Positions 24,180-35,467 of a DNA stretch of 64,000 nucleotides are shown in pieces (within the stretch, counting starts at the first letter, position 1; each line of letters opens with the position of its first letter). This stretch comes from an uncultured Gemmatimonadaceae bacterium (GTDB lineage Bacteria > Gemmatimonadota > Gemmatimonadetes > Gemmatimonadales > Gemmatimonadaceae): the NCBI GenBank assembly GCA_963716745.1, contig OY970320.1:1280001-1344000 (forward strand), written 5' to 3'. The notes beneath the pieces are model-generated. The model was not told the DNA's origin, made no database searches, and worked only from the letters and a program-made list of their open reading frames with translations. The position numbers and the translations under genes are program-made.

Positions 24180-24644
24180 CTAACGGACGCGGAGGACGTC
24201 TTCCACCGGACCGCCGTCGCCGGTCGCGAGGAGCACGGCGATGTCGGCGAGCGCCGTGCGCGAGCGCGGCCAGTTCATCCGCTCGCGCGCCGACTCGATC
24301 GTGAGCCATTCGGCGCAATCGTGTTCGGGGCCGAGCAGCGGCTCAGTGCCCGCGTCCACCACCGCGGCGAAGGCGACGGCGAGCGTGACGACGCCGGTGG
24401 TGTGCAGGTAGAAGGGCTGCACGGCCACGTTGTACAATCGCCGCACCGTGAGGCCGGTCTCTTCCGCGATCTCGCGGATCGCGGCGTCCTCGGGGCGCTC
24501 ATCGCCCTCCACGTGGCCGTGCACGGCCTCCCACGCGCCGGTGCAGCGGGTTCCGCTGGCGCGTCGCAGGGCGAGCGTCTCCCAGTGACCGGCGGCGCGC
24601 CGCAGCAGGTAGGCATCGACGGTGGCGATCTTGGCTTCGGTCAT
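24180..24644 (-). CDS. Nudix hydrolase (NudB-like)
   Basis: Nudix box GHVEGDERPEDAAIREIAEETGL; EHD..EW motif. Confidence 0.85.
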   Translation of the reverse strand: MTEAKIATVDAYLLRRAAGHWETLALRRASGTRCTGAWEAVHGHVEGDERPEDAAIREIAEETGLTVRRLYNVAVQPFYLHTTGVVTLAVAFAAVVDAGTEPLLGPEHDCAEWLTIESARERMNWPRSRTALADIAVLLATGDGGPVEDVLRVR

Positions 24645-24646
24645 GC

Positions 24647-25453
24647 TCAGAAGCTGGCACTCCACGTCATGGCGACGCCACTCTTGGTCGGTGCCACCGA
24701 CTTGGGCAGCAGCCACTTGTCGAGCTTCGAATTCGGATGTGCGCGATGCCAGCGGTTCACGCCGAGTCCGCTGAACGTGCCAACGAACGCGCCGGCGATC
24801 ACATCGCTGGTCCAGTGCGCGTTGGAGTAGATGCGTGCGACGCCCACCATGACGGCACTCCCGTATGTGAGCGTCGCGACCCACCACGTTTGCTTCGGCC
24901 AGAAGTGCGCTGTCTCGTCGGTGACCGACGACGCGAACGCGAACGCGGCGGTCGTGTGACCCGACGGCATGGAGGAATACGCGTCGTTGCCGAATCCCTT
25001 CCCGAACGCGTAGTAGTGCGAGTCATCAATGTTCACATAGGGGCGCTGGCGGCCGATGATCCCCTTCGCGACGGCGGTGATCGCGCCGCTGATCGCGATC
25101 GCCTCAGTTGCGCGAAGACCGATCTCCGAGAAACGGCGCGAGCCGGCGATCCGGGCGACGCCGTACGTGCCGATGGAGACAATGAGCACGCCTTCGCCGC
25201 CGTACACGTTGAAGAAACTCGCGACCGAGTTGTGCGAGGGCGTTTGCACGGAAGGCGACTGGCTCCAGGCGGCGACCTTCTCGTCGAAGGGCATCGTCGC
25301 GGCGATGCCCACGACGAAGCCTGCCGCGAGCCATGCGTCTCCTTTTGTGAAGAGCGGTTCCTTTGCCGCGCCGGTGTCCGCCTGCTGCGCGCCTGCGGCG
25401 CTGGCAGCGAGCGCGATCGTCGTAAGGCACGCGGTGACACGGATCCGGTTCAC
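24647..25453 (-). CDS. PAP2-family phosphatase with signal peptide
   Basis: KGIIGRQRP, SMPSGHT and ARIYSNAHWTSDV catalytic motifs; GTGA overlap with the upstream gene. Confidence 0.88.
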   Translation of the reverse strand: MNRIRVTACLTTIALAASAAGAQQADTGAAKEPLFTKGDAWLAAGFVVGIAATMPFDEKVAAWSQSPSVQTPSHNSVASFFNVYGGEGVLIVSIGTYGVARIAGSRRFSEIGLRATEAIAISGAITAVAKGIIGRQRPYVNIDDSHYYAFGKGFGNDAYSSMPSGHTTAAFAFASSVTDETAHFWPKQTWWVATLTYGSAVMVGVARIYSNAHWTSDVIAGAFVGTFSGLGVNRWHRAHPNSKLDKWLLPKSVAPTKSGVAMTWSASF

Positions 25454-27525
25454 AGGATGCTCCACAGATCGTGCGCCAGATCGACGCTGAACGTCCACCC
25501 GCCATCGCGCAATCCGCGCGCGACGTCCACTCGAAGCAGATCGAAGAAGAAGCTCGCGCCGACGCCGACGGAAGGATACCACCCTTCCGCCGGGGCCGCG
25601 AAGGTTGCGGTGTGATCCACATAGATCACGTTCGCGAACGGCGCGAGGGTGAATGACGCGGGCGTGCGCCCGAAGTCGCCCAGTGGGACAGCGAAGAACG
25701 GGATCGGGAAGCGCCATTCCACGTGCTGGCTCGCGCCGAACGTGGCCACGAATTGGTGGAACGCGTAGCCTGGTCCGGTGATCGGGCCGCCGAGATAGAC
25801 TTGCTCCTGAACAGGACTACCTGAGGGCGTGAGTGCTGCAATAGTCGTGCGTGACTCCAACGACTGCGATCCCAGCGACTGCGTGAGCGCGGCGCTCGCG
25901 AAGGCGCGGGCGAAGCGCACCGGCGCGCCGGCGATCGTGGTGTCATTCAGTGCGATCCATCCACCGGTGATATTCCCGCTCACGCGCAGGTCACTGCTCG
26001 GGCCGAGGATCCAATCGCGATCGAGGCCGAGCACCACGCGCCATTCGTGGAGCGGCCATGCCGGGATCGTGGGCTCGTACGAGTCACGGAAGGGGACGGC
26101 GTGCACGGCGAGCGCGTTCTGGTCCTCGTACGACCCCGTGAGCGTGAAGCGCACGTGGCGCCATTCGCCCAGTTGAGCGCGAACGCCGGCCGCGCGCACG
26201 TCGTATGTGTCGGTGAAATCGCTGCCGTACTCCTGCGACGAGAGACTGTTCACCAACAAGCTCCGTTCCTCGACGTCGCCCGCATCGCGATACTCGCGCG
26301 ACGCGAAGATCCCGATCGACCGCTGCGCCGAGGTCGCGAGCGTCGCGGAGAGCCGCGCCTTGATGGCTTGATCCGCGAATCCGTAGCGAGCCAGCAGGCC
26401 CATCGAAAACGTCGGCGTCGTGTGCCACGTGCCGCCCGCGCCGAGCGCGAGCCCCTCGACGCGATTCACGCGTGCGAAATCGGAAATGCGCGGAGTCGAG
26501 AGCGCGGCGCCGGACCGCGGCGCGAGCGCGCTGGCCACGACCGTCGCACGCGCCTGCTCCTGCACGCGGCGCACGTCCTCGTCGGTGGCCACGCGGGCAT
26601 CGCCAGGCAGCGAATCGAGGATGCCGCCCTTCCACGGGTACGCCGACTGCACGCTATCCGGCGCGTCGACGATCTCCGCGCCCCGGAACGAGGGCGCTCG
26701 TGGCGCGACATCGATCTGGTAGTCGCCGATCTCCCAGCGCGCACGGATGATCGCGCGCACCGGGAAATCGAGCCACGTGCCGCTCCGGCGGATCTCGATC
26801 TCCTGGTGGTACGGGAGCCAGAAGCGCCGCGACACGAGTGCGTTCTCGAGCACGATCGAGATGTCTTCGAGTTGTGGGTCGAGATACGCGGCGCGCGTGA
26901 AGCTGAAGTTCATGCGCACGACCTCGGCCGTGGCGGTGTCGAGATACACCGCGCCTACGACGCGCGCGAGTGCCGCGTCGCGCGGGCGCACGCGCACTTC
27001 GTACACGTAGATCGAGTGATCCCGGAACCCGATGCGCAGCGAGTCCGTGATCGCGAAGTCGTATTGCGTGAGCCCGTCGGGCGAGAGCGGGTGCGGCACA
27101 TCTCTCACCTCATCACCTTCGCCGAGGCGGATCACGTTCTTGAAATTATTCTGGACGATGCCCAGGTGGTCGCGGTGGTACCGCATGGCGTTCGGCAGCA
27201 GCACCGTGTCGCGCCGGCCGACGATCACCTGCTTGCTCAGATCGGGCGCGCGCCAGTACACTTGGAGCGCGAGTTGGTCGGTGCGCAGGATCTTGGGCGG
27301 CAGGTCGAACCCTTGGCCGGCCTGCGCGAGGAAAGTGAGGTAGCCGTTGGCCGTCGCGCTGTACGCGGCGAGCGCGGTGTCGGAGATCTGCTCGGCGCGC
27401 CGCGCGGTGGCGCGCTGCACGAGGGCGCTGGTGCGCGGATCGTTCCAGGTCTGCGCCGCCGCTCCCGGCGGCGTGGCCGCCGGCAACAGGATCATCACCA
27501 TGGCGAATGCGGCGAGACCTCTCAT
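25450..27525 (-). CDS. Large outer-membrane protein (DUF5686-like N-part plus Omp85-like barrel C-terminus)
   Basis: Signal peptide; RVNRVEGLALG motif; alternating beta-strand pattern ending FFDLLRVDVARGLRDGGWTFSVD. Confidence 0.65.
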   Translation of the reverse strand: MRGLAAFAMVMILLPAATPPGAAAQTWNDPRTSALVQRATARRAEQISDTALAAYSATANGYLTFLAQAGQGFDLPPKILRTDQLALQVYWRAPDLSKQVIVGRRDTVLLPNAMRYHRDHLGIVQNNFKNVIRLGEGDEVRDVPHPLSPDGLTQYDFAITDSLRIGFRDHSIYVYEVRVRPRDAALARVVGAVYLDTATAEVVRMNFSFTRAAYLDPQLEDISIVLENALVSRRFWLPYHQEIEIRRSGTWLDFPVRAIIRARWEIGDYQIDVAPRAPSFRGAEIVDAPDSVQSAYPWKGGILDSLPGDARVATDEDVRRVQEQARATVVASALAPRSGAALSTPRISDFARVNRVEGLALGAGGTWHTTPTFSMGLLARYGFADQAIKARLSATLATSAQRSIGIFASREYRDAGDVEERSLLVNSLSSQEYGSDFTDTYDVRAAGVRAQLGEWRHVRFTLTGSYEDQNALAVHAVPFRDSYEPTIPAWPLHEWRVVLGLDRDWILGPSSDLRVSGNITGGWIALNDTTIAGAPVRFARAFASAALTQSLGSQSLESRTTIAALTPSGSPVQEQVYLGGPITGPGYAFHQFVATFGASQHVEWRFPIPFFAVPLGDFGRTPASFTLAPFANVIYVDHTATFAAPAEGWYPSVGVGASFFFDLLRVDVARGLRDGGWTFSVDLAHDLWSIL

Positions 27526-27567
27526 GAAAGAAGAATGTCGCGGCGCGCTCCGGGCGCGGCAAGCGCG

Positions 27568-29053
<1,486 letters not shown>

Positions 29054-29209
29054 CACCCCGAACTCCGTTTTTGGTCACCCGAACTCCGCGTGTGACGTAA
29101 CGAGTGGTACTGACGTGCGGGGCTGGTACCACGAACAACTCGTCGCGTTACGGAGTTCGGGTGACCAAAAACGGAGTTCGGGGTGACCAATGACGGAGTT
29201 CGGGGTGAC
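29054..29209. repeat. Inverted-repeat element of ACGGAGTTCGGGGTGACC units (family B, copy 2)
   Basis: Perfect 35-bp arms at 29054-29088 and 29151-29185, plus an extra tandem unit at 29193-29209. Confidence 0.9.
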
Positions 29210-29240
29210 ACCGGCCTCCGTTCTCGCCATATTGCCGACC

Positions 29241-30866
29241 ATGCCGTTCAAGATCATCAACGATGCGGGCGGGCAGGCGTATGAACTGAAGGAGGCGCAG
29301 ACGCTCGTCATCGGGCGCGCGTCGACGAGCGATATCCCCGTATTCGACCCCACGATCTCGCGACGGCACGCCGAGGTCACCGCGAGTGCGACGGCGGTGA
29401 GAGTGAAAGACCTCGGCTCCAGCAACGGCACGTTCATCAACAGCATGCAGATCACCGAGGGCGCCGTGAACGACGGCGATATCGTGATGTTCGGCAAAGT
29501 CCCGTTCCGCGTGGCGTTCATCGAGCCGGTGGCCGCGCCGCCGGCGCCGCGCGCGAGCACCGCAGTGCCGCAGCGCGCGTCGGGCGTCGCGGCGCGGCCG
29601 AGCTCGACGATCCTCCGTGAATTGGACGTCGCCAAGTCGAGCGGCCCACTCTCGGTGATCTTCCGCGCGACGAGTCTCGCCGAGGTGAAGGCCGAGTCGG
29701 CTGAGGCATCCGTGGCCGACCGCACGGCCAAGCGGCTCGCGCTGCTGCTGGAGGTCTCGAAAGGTCTCTCACGCGTGGCCGACGCCGAGGCATTGCTCGA
29801 CCGGATCACGCAGACCGTGTTCGAGATCATGGATGTCGATCGCGTGGCGATCGAGTTGGTGGACGCGAACGGCGAGCGCGTGCCGAAGATCTCGCGCGAC
29901 CGGAAGGGCGTGGTCGCCGGCAAGTCCGTGCCGCAGACGATCGCGCGGAAGGTCGCGGGCGAGAAAGTGGCGGTGCTGTCGGACAACGCGGCCGAGGATG
30001 AACGGTTCGGCGGACAGAGCATCGTGATGCAGAGCGTGCGCTCCGCGATGTGCGCGCCGCTCATCGGGAGCGGTGACGTCGTGCTCGGCGTGCTCTACGT
30101 GGACAACGTGACCGCGATCCAGAAATTCGGCGACGACGATCTCGATTTCCTCATCGCCTTCTCGAACATCGCCGCCGTCGCGCTCGAGAACAGCCGGTTC
30201 GCGGAGCGCATCCGGCGCGAGACCATCGTGCGCAGCAACTTCGAGCGCTTCTTCGCACCCACGCTGGCGGCGCGTATCGCGGGTGCCGGCGAGCAGGTGA
30301 AGCTCGGCGGAGAGAAGCGCACGATCGCGATCCTCTTCAGCGACATTCGCGGATTCACGTCGCTCTCCGAGACGATGAATCCCGATGATGTCGCGAACCT
30401 GCTCAGCGAATATTTCACCGTGATGGTGGAGATCGTGTTCCGCCACGGCGGCACGCTCGACAAATTCATCGGCGACGCGGTGATGGCGCAGTGGGGCGCG
30501 CCGATCGGCGAGAAGGACGACGCCGACCGCGCGATGGCGGCCGCCGTCGACATGCTCGAGGAACTCAAGATCCTGAACGTGAAATGGAAGGCGGCGGGAC
30601 GCCCCGAGATGCAGATCGGGATCGGCGTGAACTATGGCGAGAGCTTTGCGGGCTACATCGGTTCCGAGCGCCGTCTCGAATACACCGTGATCGGCGACGC
30701 GGTGAACATCTCGAGCCGCCTGTGCGCGCGCGCCGAAGGCGGCGAGATCCTGCTCACGGAGTCGGTGAAGAAGGCGCTCACGAGTCCGCCCGAGATGACC
30801 GAGAAGGGCTCGATGGAACTCAAGGGGCGCAAGAAACCAATGCCGGTGTTCAGCGTCATACCGTGA
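29241..30866 (+). CDS. FHA-GAF-class III adenylate cyclase
   Basis: FHA motifs (IGR, ISRRHA, DLGSSNGTFIN); GAF (SAMCAPL, GVLYVDN); cyclase FSDIRGFT, DKFIGDAVM, YTVIGDAVNISSRL. Confidence 0.92.
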   Translation: MPFKIINDAGGQAYELKEAQTLVIGRASTSDIPVFDPTISRRHAEVTASATAVRVKDLGSSNGTFINSMQITEGAVNDGDIVMFGKVPFRVAFIEPVAAPPAPRASTAVPQRASGVAARPSSTILRELDVAKSSGPLSVIFRATSLAEVKAESAEASVADRTAKRLALLLEVSKGLSRVADAEALLDRITQTVFEIMDVDRVAIELVDANGERVPKISRDRKGVVAGKSVPQTIARKVAGEKVAVLSDNAAEDERFGGQSIVMQSVRSAMCAPLIGSGDVVLGVLYVDNVTAIQKFGDDDLDFLIAFSNIAAVALENSRFAERIRRETIVRSNFERFFAPTLAARIAGAGEQVKLGGEKRTIAILFSDIRGFTSLSETMNPDDVANLLSEYFTVMVEIVFRHGGTLDKFIGDAVMAQWGAPIGEKDDADRAMAAAVDMLEELKILNVKWKAAGRPEMQIGIGVNYGESFAGYIGSERRLEYTVIGDAVNISSRLCARAEGGEILLTESVKKALTSPPEMTEKGSMELKGRKKPMPVFSVIP

Positions 30867-31588
30867 GCGCTCCACCGGGCTACGTCGCGCTGGCACAGGA
30901 TGGCACGGAGGGGGTGCTCCTCGCCTCGCTCGAGGCGCCGCTGCGCGCCGCCATCGGCCGCGGGACATTCTACGGGTACGCCGAGCATCATCCCGAGGCG
31001 CGCACCTTCACCGGCCGCGGCGTGGCGTACGCGGTGCCCTTGCCCGAGGGCACGGCCAACGTGGTGGTGCGCCGCTCGCGGCACGGCGGCATGCTGGGGC
31101 CGCTCCAGGGCGACAAGTTCTTCGGCGCTACTCGCGCGCCGAGCGAACTGGAGATCTCGCTCACGCTGCAGCGGCGCGGCGTGCCCACGCCCGAGGTGGT
31201 GGCGTACGCGACCTATCCGGCGGGCATCCTGCGCCGCCGCGCGGATGTGGTCACACGAGAGATCCCGCACTCGCGCGACTTATTGGCCGCGCTGACCGTC
31301 GCCGAGCCGTACGCGAAGCGCGCGGCCGCCGCGGCGGTCGGGCGGCTGTTCCAGCAGCTCACCGAGGCCGGTGCGCGCCATCCCGATCTCAACGTGAAGA
31401 ACATCCTGCTCGCCGACGCCGCGAACAGTGCGTTCGATGCGTTCGTGCTCGACGTGGATCGCGTCTGGTTCGACGAACCGGGCTCGCCGCGGCTCATCGA
31501 TGCGAATTGGAGCCGCTTCATGCGATCCGTCGAGAAACACCGCGCTGAGATCGGCGACGGCTTCAACGTGATCTCGGCCATGCCGTGA
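30863..31588 (+). CDS. Kdo kinase-like / LPS kinase (KdkA/InaA family)
   Basis: GRG, VVRRSRHGG, TRAPSEL, GVPTP, HPDLNVKNIL, LDVDR; GTGA overlaps on both sides. Confidence 0.8.
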   Translation: MSAPPGYVALAQDGTEGVLLASLEAPLRAAIGRGTFYGYAEHHPEARTFTGRGVAYAVPLPEGTANVVVRRSRHGGMLGPLQGDKFFGATRAPSELEISLTLQRRGVPTPEVVAYATYPAGILRRRADVVTREIPHSRDLLAALTVAEPYAKRAAAAAVGRLFQQLTEAGARHPDLNVKNILLADAANSAFDAFVLDVDRVWFDEPGSPRLIDANWSRFMRSVEKHRAEIGDGFNVISAMP

Positions 31589-32631
31589 CGGAGGCGCGCC
31601 GCCGGATCGCGATCGTCATGATGAGCGCGCTCGGCAATGCGGTGCACGTCCTGCCGGTGATCAATGCGCTCAAGCGGCACGATCCAACGTGTCACATCAC
31701 GTGGGTGTTGCAGCCGGGTGGCGCGTCGCTCATGCGCGGGCATCCGATGGTCGACGAGATCATCGTGTTCCAGAAATCGCGCGGCTGGCGCGGGCTGCTC
31801 AATGTGCGGCGCGCCGTTGAGGGTCGGCAGTTCGATCTCGTGCTCGCGCTTCAGGTGTACATCAAGGCGGGACTCGTCACGGCGCTGCTGCACTCGCCGG
31901 TGAAGCTTGGCTTCGACCGCGCGCGCGCGCGCGACATGAATTGGATTTTCACGAACCGCCGCATCCCGCCGCACGCACCGCAGCACGTGCAGGACCAATA
32001 CTTCGAATTCCTCACCGCGCTCGAGATCCCCTATGAACCGCCGGTGTGGAGACTGGGTCCCTTCCCCGCCGAACTCGCGGCGCAGCGCGCGTATTTCGCG
32101 GCGATCGGGCGGCCGGTCGCCTCACTCGTGATCGGCGCGAGCCATCCGCAAAAAGAATGGCTGCCGGAACGATGGGCCGAACTCGCGGCCGCGCTCGATC
32201 GCGACTTCGGTCTCGAGGTCGTGCTCGCCGGCGGCCGCAGCCCGAGCGAGCTCGAGACCGCGCGGATCATGACGGAGAAACTCGGGAGAGCGCCGCGATC
32301 CACGCTCGGCGTTCCGCTCCGCGAGCTGGTGAGTCTGCTGCACGGATCCGCGCTCGTCCTCTCGCTCGACACGGGCCCGCTGCACATGGCGGTCGCGCTC
32401 GACCGGCCCACTATTTCGCTCATGGGCTACAACAATCCCAAACGCGTGGGCCCGTACCGGAAATTCCACGATCTGCTCGTGGACGCGTACGGCGACCCCG
32501 GCGAGGATTATCCCGTGAGCATCGCGCACCGCCTCGATCGCATGCCCCGGATCACGGTGCGCGACGTCCTCGACCGCGTGGCGATCTGGGCGAAGCGCTA
32601 CCGCGACGGCGCAGGACCCGTGGGCCGGTAG
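31585..32631 (+). CDS. GT9 LPS heptosyltransferase-like protein (paralog 1; G-N-xxH instead of G-D-xxH)
   Basis: [27 protein letters not shown]. Confidence 0.88.
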   Translation: MTEARRRIAIVMMSALGNAVHVLPVINALKRHDPTCHITWVLQPGGASLMRGHPMVDEIIVFQKSRGWRGLLNVRRAVEGRQFDLVLALQVYIKAGLVTALLHSPVKLGFDRARARDMNWIFTNRRIPPHAPQHVQDQYFEFLTALEIPYEPPVWRLGPFPAELAAQRAYFAAIGRPVASLVIGASHPQKEWLPERWAELAAALDRDFGLEVVLAGGRSPSELETARIMTEKLGRAPRSTLGVPLRELVSLLHGSALVLSLDTGPLHMAVALDRPTISLMGYNNPKRVGPYRKFHDLLVDAYGDPGEDYPVSIAHRLDRMPRITVRDVLDRVAIWAKRYRDGAGPVGR

Positions 32632-32882
32632 CGCGGGTCGTTATACATCTTGAACTGACGGTAGACCTTCGGCGTCACCCGCCCCGCCGCGATCTCGCCA
32701 AGCAGCACCGTGAGTTCAGCCGCGAGATCGTCGCGCTGGAGCTGGAGCACCGCGAGGCGCTCGGTGCACTGCGCGCGGAACTCGACCGTGGCATCCTGGC
32801 GCTCCGATTGCTCGCGCATGTGCCAGATCTTGAGCTCCATGATGCTGATCTTGTCGGCGAGCCAGCCGACGGTCTCAGCCAC
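32598..32882 (-). CDS. DUF4254 C-terminal half
   Basis: [21 protein letters not shown]...[11 protein letters not shown]. Confidence 0.78.
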   Translation of the reverse strand: MAETVGWLADKISIMELKIWHMREQSERQDATVEFRAQCTERLAVLQLQRDDLAAELTVLLGEIAAGRVTPKVYRQFKMYNDPRYRPTGPAPSR

Positions 32883-33087
32883 CGGACTTCTCTCCGCGCG
32901 CCGCGCGCATCACCTCGGCATCAATGCGCTCGATGAGGTCGTTGCGCCGCTGGTTGAGCTTGTCCACCGCGCGCTTCGCGGCGGCCACCTGATGATCGTC
33001 GGGCACGCGCGCTTTGTCCTCTTCGTGCCAGAGTTCGACGTTCGTCTCCGCGAGGCGCGCGATCAGGGCGCCGATCGACTCGTTCAT
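32875..33087 (-). CDS. DUF4254 N-terminal half
   Basis: [12 protein letters not shown]...[19 protein letters not shown]. Confidence 0.78.
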   Translation of the reverse strand: MNESIGALIARLAETNVELWHEEDKARVPDDHQVAAAKRAVDKLNQRRNDLIERIDAEVMRAARGEKSGG

Positions 33088-33160
33088 TCCCCGCTCCGGG
33101 TAGTGGACCAGCGGATAAGATAGCCGTGCCGCGCCATTGGCCGCTACATTTCCGCGAATC

Positions 33161-34204
33161 GTGACTGACACTAATACTCCCTCACCCCGCGGAACGCTGG
33201 GCCGAGTCGGCATCGTCATGCTGAGCGCCGTGGGCGACGCCGTGCACGCGCTGAGCGTGGTGAGCGCGCTCAAGCGTCATGACCCCAGCGCGCACATCAC
33301 GTGGGTGATGCAACCCGGGCCCGCGATGCTCGTGCGCGGGCACCCGGCGGTGGACGAGATCGTGCTGTTCGACCGGAAGCGCGGATGGCGCGCCTTTCTC
33401 GACGTGCGCAACGCGCTCACGCAGCCGTTCGACGTGCTGCTCGATCTCCAGGTGTATCTCAAGGCCGGCGTGCTCACGGCGCTGGCGCCATCGCGCGTGA
33501 AGGTCGGCTTCGACCGCGCGCGCGCGTACGATCTCAATTGGCTGTTCACGAACCGGAAGATCCCGCCGCACCCGATCCAGCACGTGCAGGACCAATACTT
33601 CGAATTCCTGACGGCGATCGGCGTGCCGGTAGAACCCGTGACGTGGGGACTCGGGCCGTGGCCGGAGGAGCGCGCGTGGCAGAAGGAGTTCATGAAGCAG
33701 TTCGACCGTCCGATCGCGCCACTGGTGATCGGCAGCAGCAAGCCGCAGAAGGACTGGCTGCCGGAGCGCTGGTCGCAGCTCGCCGACGCGCTGAGCGCGG
33801 ATTTCGGACTGACGCCGGTGCTCGTAGGCGGGCAATCGCCCCGCGAGCTCGCGACCGCGGGTGCGATCGCCGCGGGCGCGAAGCGCCCCGTGGTGAATGC
33901 GCTCGGCAGCGGGCTGCGCCGGCTCGTCAGCATCCTCGACGCGGCCGCGCTCGTCGTATCGCTCGACACGGGGCCGCTGCATATGGCCGTCGCGCTCGAC
34001 CGCCCGGTGGTGAGCCTCATCGGCTACAGCAATCCGAAGCGCGTGGGGCCCTACCGGAAATTCCGCGATCTCATGGTGGACGCGTACGGCGATCCGGGCG
34101 AGGACTATCCGGCGAACATGGAGAACCGCCTGGACCGCATGCCGCGGATCACCGTGCGCGACGTGCTCGAGCGGGTGGAACGATGGAGGACGAACTACCT
34201 TTAG
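33161..34204 (+). CDS. GT9 LPS heptosyltransferase (paralog 2)
   Basis: [27 protein letters not shown]; visibly highly similar to paralog 1. Confidence 0.9.
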   Translation: MTDTNTPSPRGTLGRVGIVMLSAVGDAVHALSVVSALKRHDPSAHITWVMQPGPAMLVRGHPAVDEIVLFDRKRGWRAFLDVRNALTQPFDVLLDLQVYLKAGVLTALAPSRVKVGFDRARAYDLNWLFTNRKIPPHPIQHVQDQYFEFLTAIGVPVEPVTWGLGPWPEERAWQKEFMKQFDRPIAPLVIGSSKPQKDWLPERWSQLADALSADFGLTPVLVGGQSPRELATAGAIAAGAKRPVVNALGSGLRRLVSILDAAALVVSLDTGPLHMAVALDRPVVSLIGYSNPKRVGPYRKFRDLMVDAYGDPGEDYPANMENRLDRMPRITVRDVLERVERWRTNYL

Positions 34205-34219
34205 CTGGAACTACAACTA

Positions 34220-34421
34220 CAACGGCTTCAAGGGGATCATGCGGATGGGGCGGATTCGGCGGATCGCTCACTGCGCAATGAGGGCGCCATGCACGCGGTC
34301 GAGTCTCTGTTCTTGTTGTTAACAACAAAAACACGGCGTTGACCGGGCGCGCGGAGCCGCTGTGCCAACAGGAGCGATCCGCCGAATCCGCCCCATCCGC
34401 ATGATCCCCCTGAAGTCGTTG
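34220..34421. repeat. Inverted-repeat element with CGGAT 9-mer arms and central TTGTTGTTAACAACAA palindrome (family C, copy 2)
   Basis: 50-bp arms at 34220-34269 and 34372-34421 with 2 mismatches; central palindrome at 34313-34328. Confidence 0.9.
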
Positions 34422-34434
34422 CCGTTCCCACGAG

Positions 34435-35031
34435 CTACTCCGTCGAGAGCCCCGTGAAGTCGTACCGCACGCCGATGCGTTTCAGGAGCGCGAGCATGCG
34501 CCCGATCGCGAGGCCCATCACGGCGAAGTAGTCGCCGTCGATGCGTTCGACGATCGCGGCGCCGTAGCCCTGGATCCCGTACGCGCCCGCCTTGTCCATC
34601 GGCTCCTTGGTCGCGACGTAGCGCTCGATGGTCGCGCTGTCGAGCGCGCGGAAGGTGACGCCCACTTCCTCCACGCCGCTCTCCATGCGCGCGCCGCGCG
34701 CGACGGCCACGGCGGTAAACACCACGTGCGGGCGTCCCGCGAGACGCCGCAGCATGCGCGCCGCCTCCGAAACATCCGCCGGTTTGCCGAGTACGTCGCC
34801 GTCGATGACGACGATCGTGTCCGCCGCGACCACCACCGCATCGGGATGCTTCGCAGCGATCGCAAGGCACTTCTCGCGCGCGAGACGCTCGGCGTGCTTC
34901 GGCGGGTCCTCGCCCGCGAGATACGTCTCGTCGATGTCGGCCGGTACTACCTCGTGTGCGATGCCGATCATGTTCAGCAGATCGCGGCGTCGCGGGGACG
35001 CCGACGCGAGGATCACGCGCGCGCTGCTCAC
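34435..35031 (-). CDS. maf: Maf-family nucleoside triphosphate pyrophosphatase
   Basis: [33 protein letters not shown]. Confidence 0.93.
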   Translation of the reverse strand: MSSARVILASASPRRRDLLNMIGIAHEVVPADIDETYLAGEDPPKHAERLAREKCLAIAAKHPDAVVVAADTIVVIDGDVLGKPADVSEAARMLRRLAGRPHVVFTAVAVARGARMESGVEEVGVTFRALDSATIERYVATKEPMDKAGAYGIQGYGAAIVERIDGDYFAVMGLAIGRMLALLKRIGVRYDFTGLSTE

Positions 35032-35465
35032 TTCTCGAGCCATAACGTGACGGGCCCATCGTTCACCAGATCGACATCCATCATCGCACCGAATTCTCCC
35101 GTCGCGACGGTGAGTTTCTGCTCGCGCAGCAGCGCGACGAACCGTTCGTAGAGCGGCTGCGCGAGCTCCGGCCGCGCCGCATCGATGAAGCTCGGGCGGC
35201 GCCCCTTCTCCGCGTTCCCGTAGAGCGTGAACTGCGACACCACCAGCACCGCGCCGCCGACATCCGCGAGCGAGAGGTTCATCTTCCCCTCCGCGTCGCC
35301 GAATAGCCGCAGCCCCGCGACCTTCTCGGCCATCCACGCGGCCTGCGATTCGGTGTCGGTATGCGTGACGCCCACGAGCAACAGGAAGCCGCGACCGATC
35401 GTTCCGGTCGACCTTCCATCCACCCGAACTTCGGCGCGCGAGACGCGCTGGAGAAGGACGCGCAC
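35028..35465 (-). CDS. dtd: D-aminoacyl-tRNA deacylase
   Basis: [32 protein letters not shown]. Confidence 0.95.
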   Translation of the reverse strand: MRVLLQRVSRAEVRVDGRSTGTIGRGFLLLVGVTHTDTESQAAWMAEKVAGLRLFGDAEGKMNLSLADVGGAVLVVSQFTLYGNAEKGRRPSFIDAARPELAQPLYERFVALLREQKLTVATGEFGAMMDVDLVNDGPVTLWLEK

Positions 35466-35467
35466 CG

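Noticed and set aside
22500..24830. Long antisense or alternative-frame ORFs (e.g. 776 aa here; also 7528-9303, 53736-55424, 40151-41800)
   Set aside because: They are Arg/Ala-rich shadows of real genes caused by stop-codon scarcity in high-GC DNA, with no recognisable motifs.
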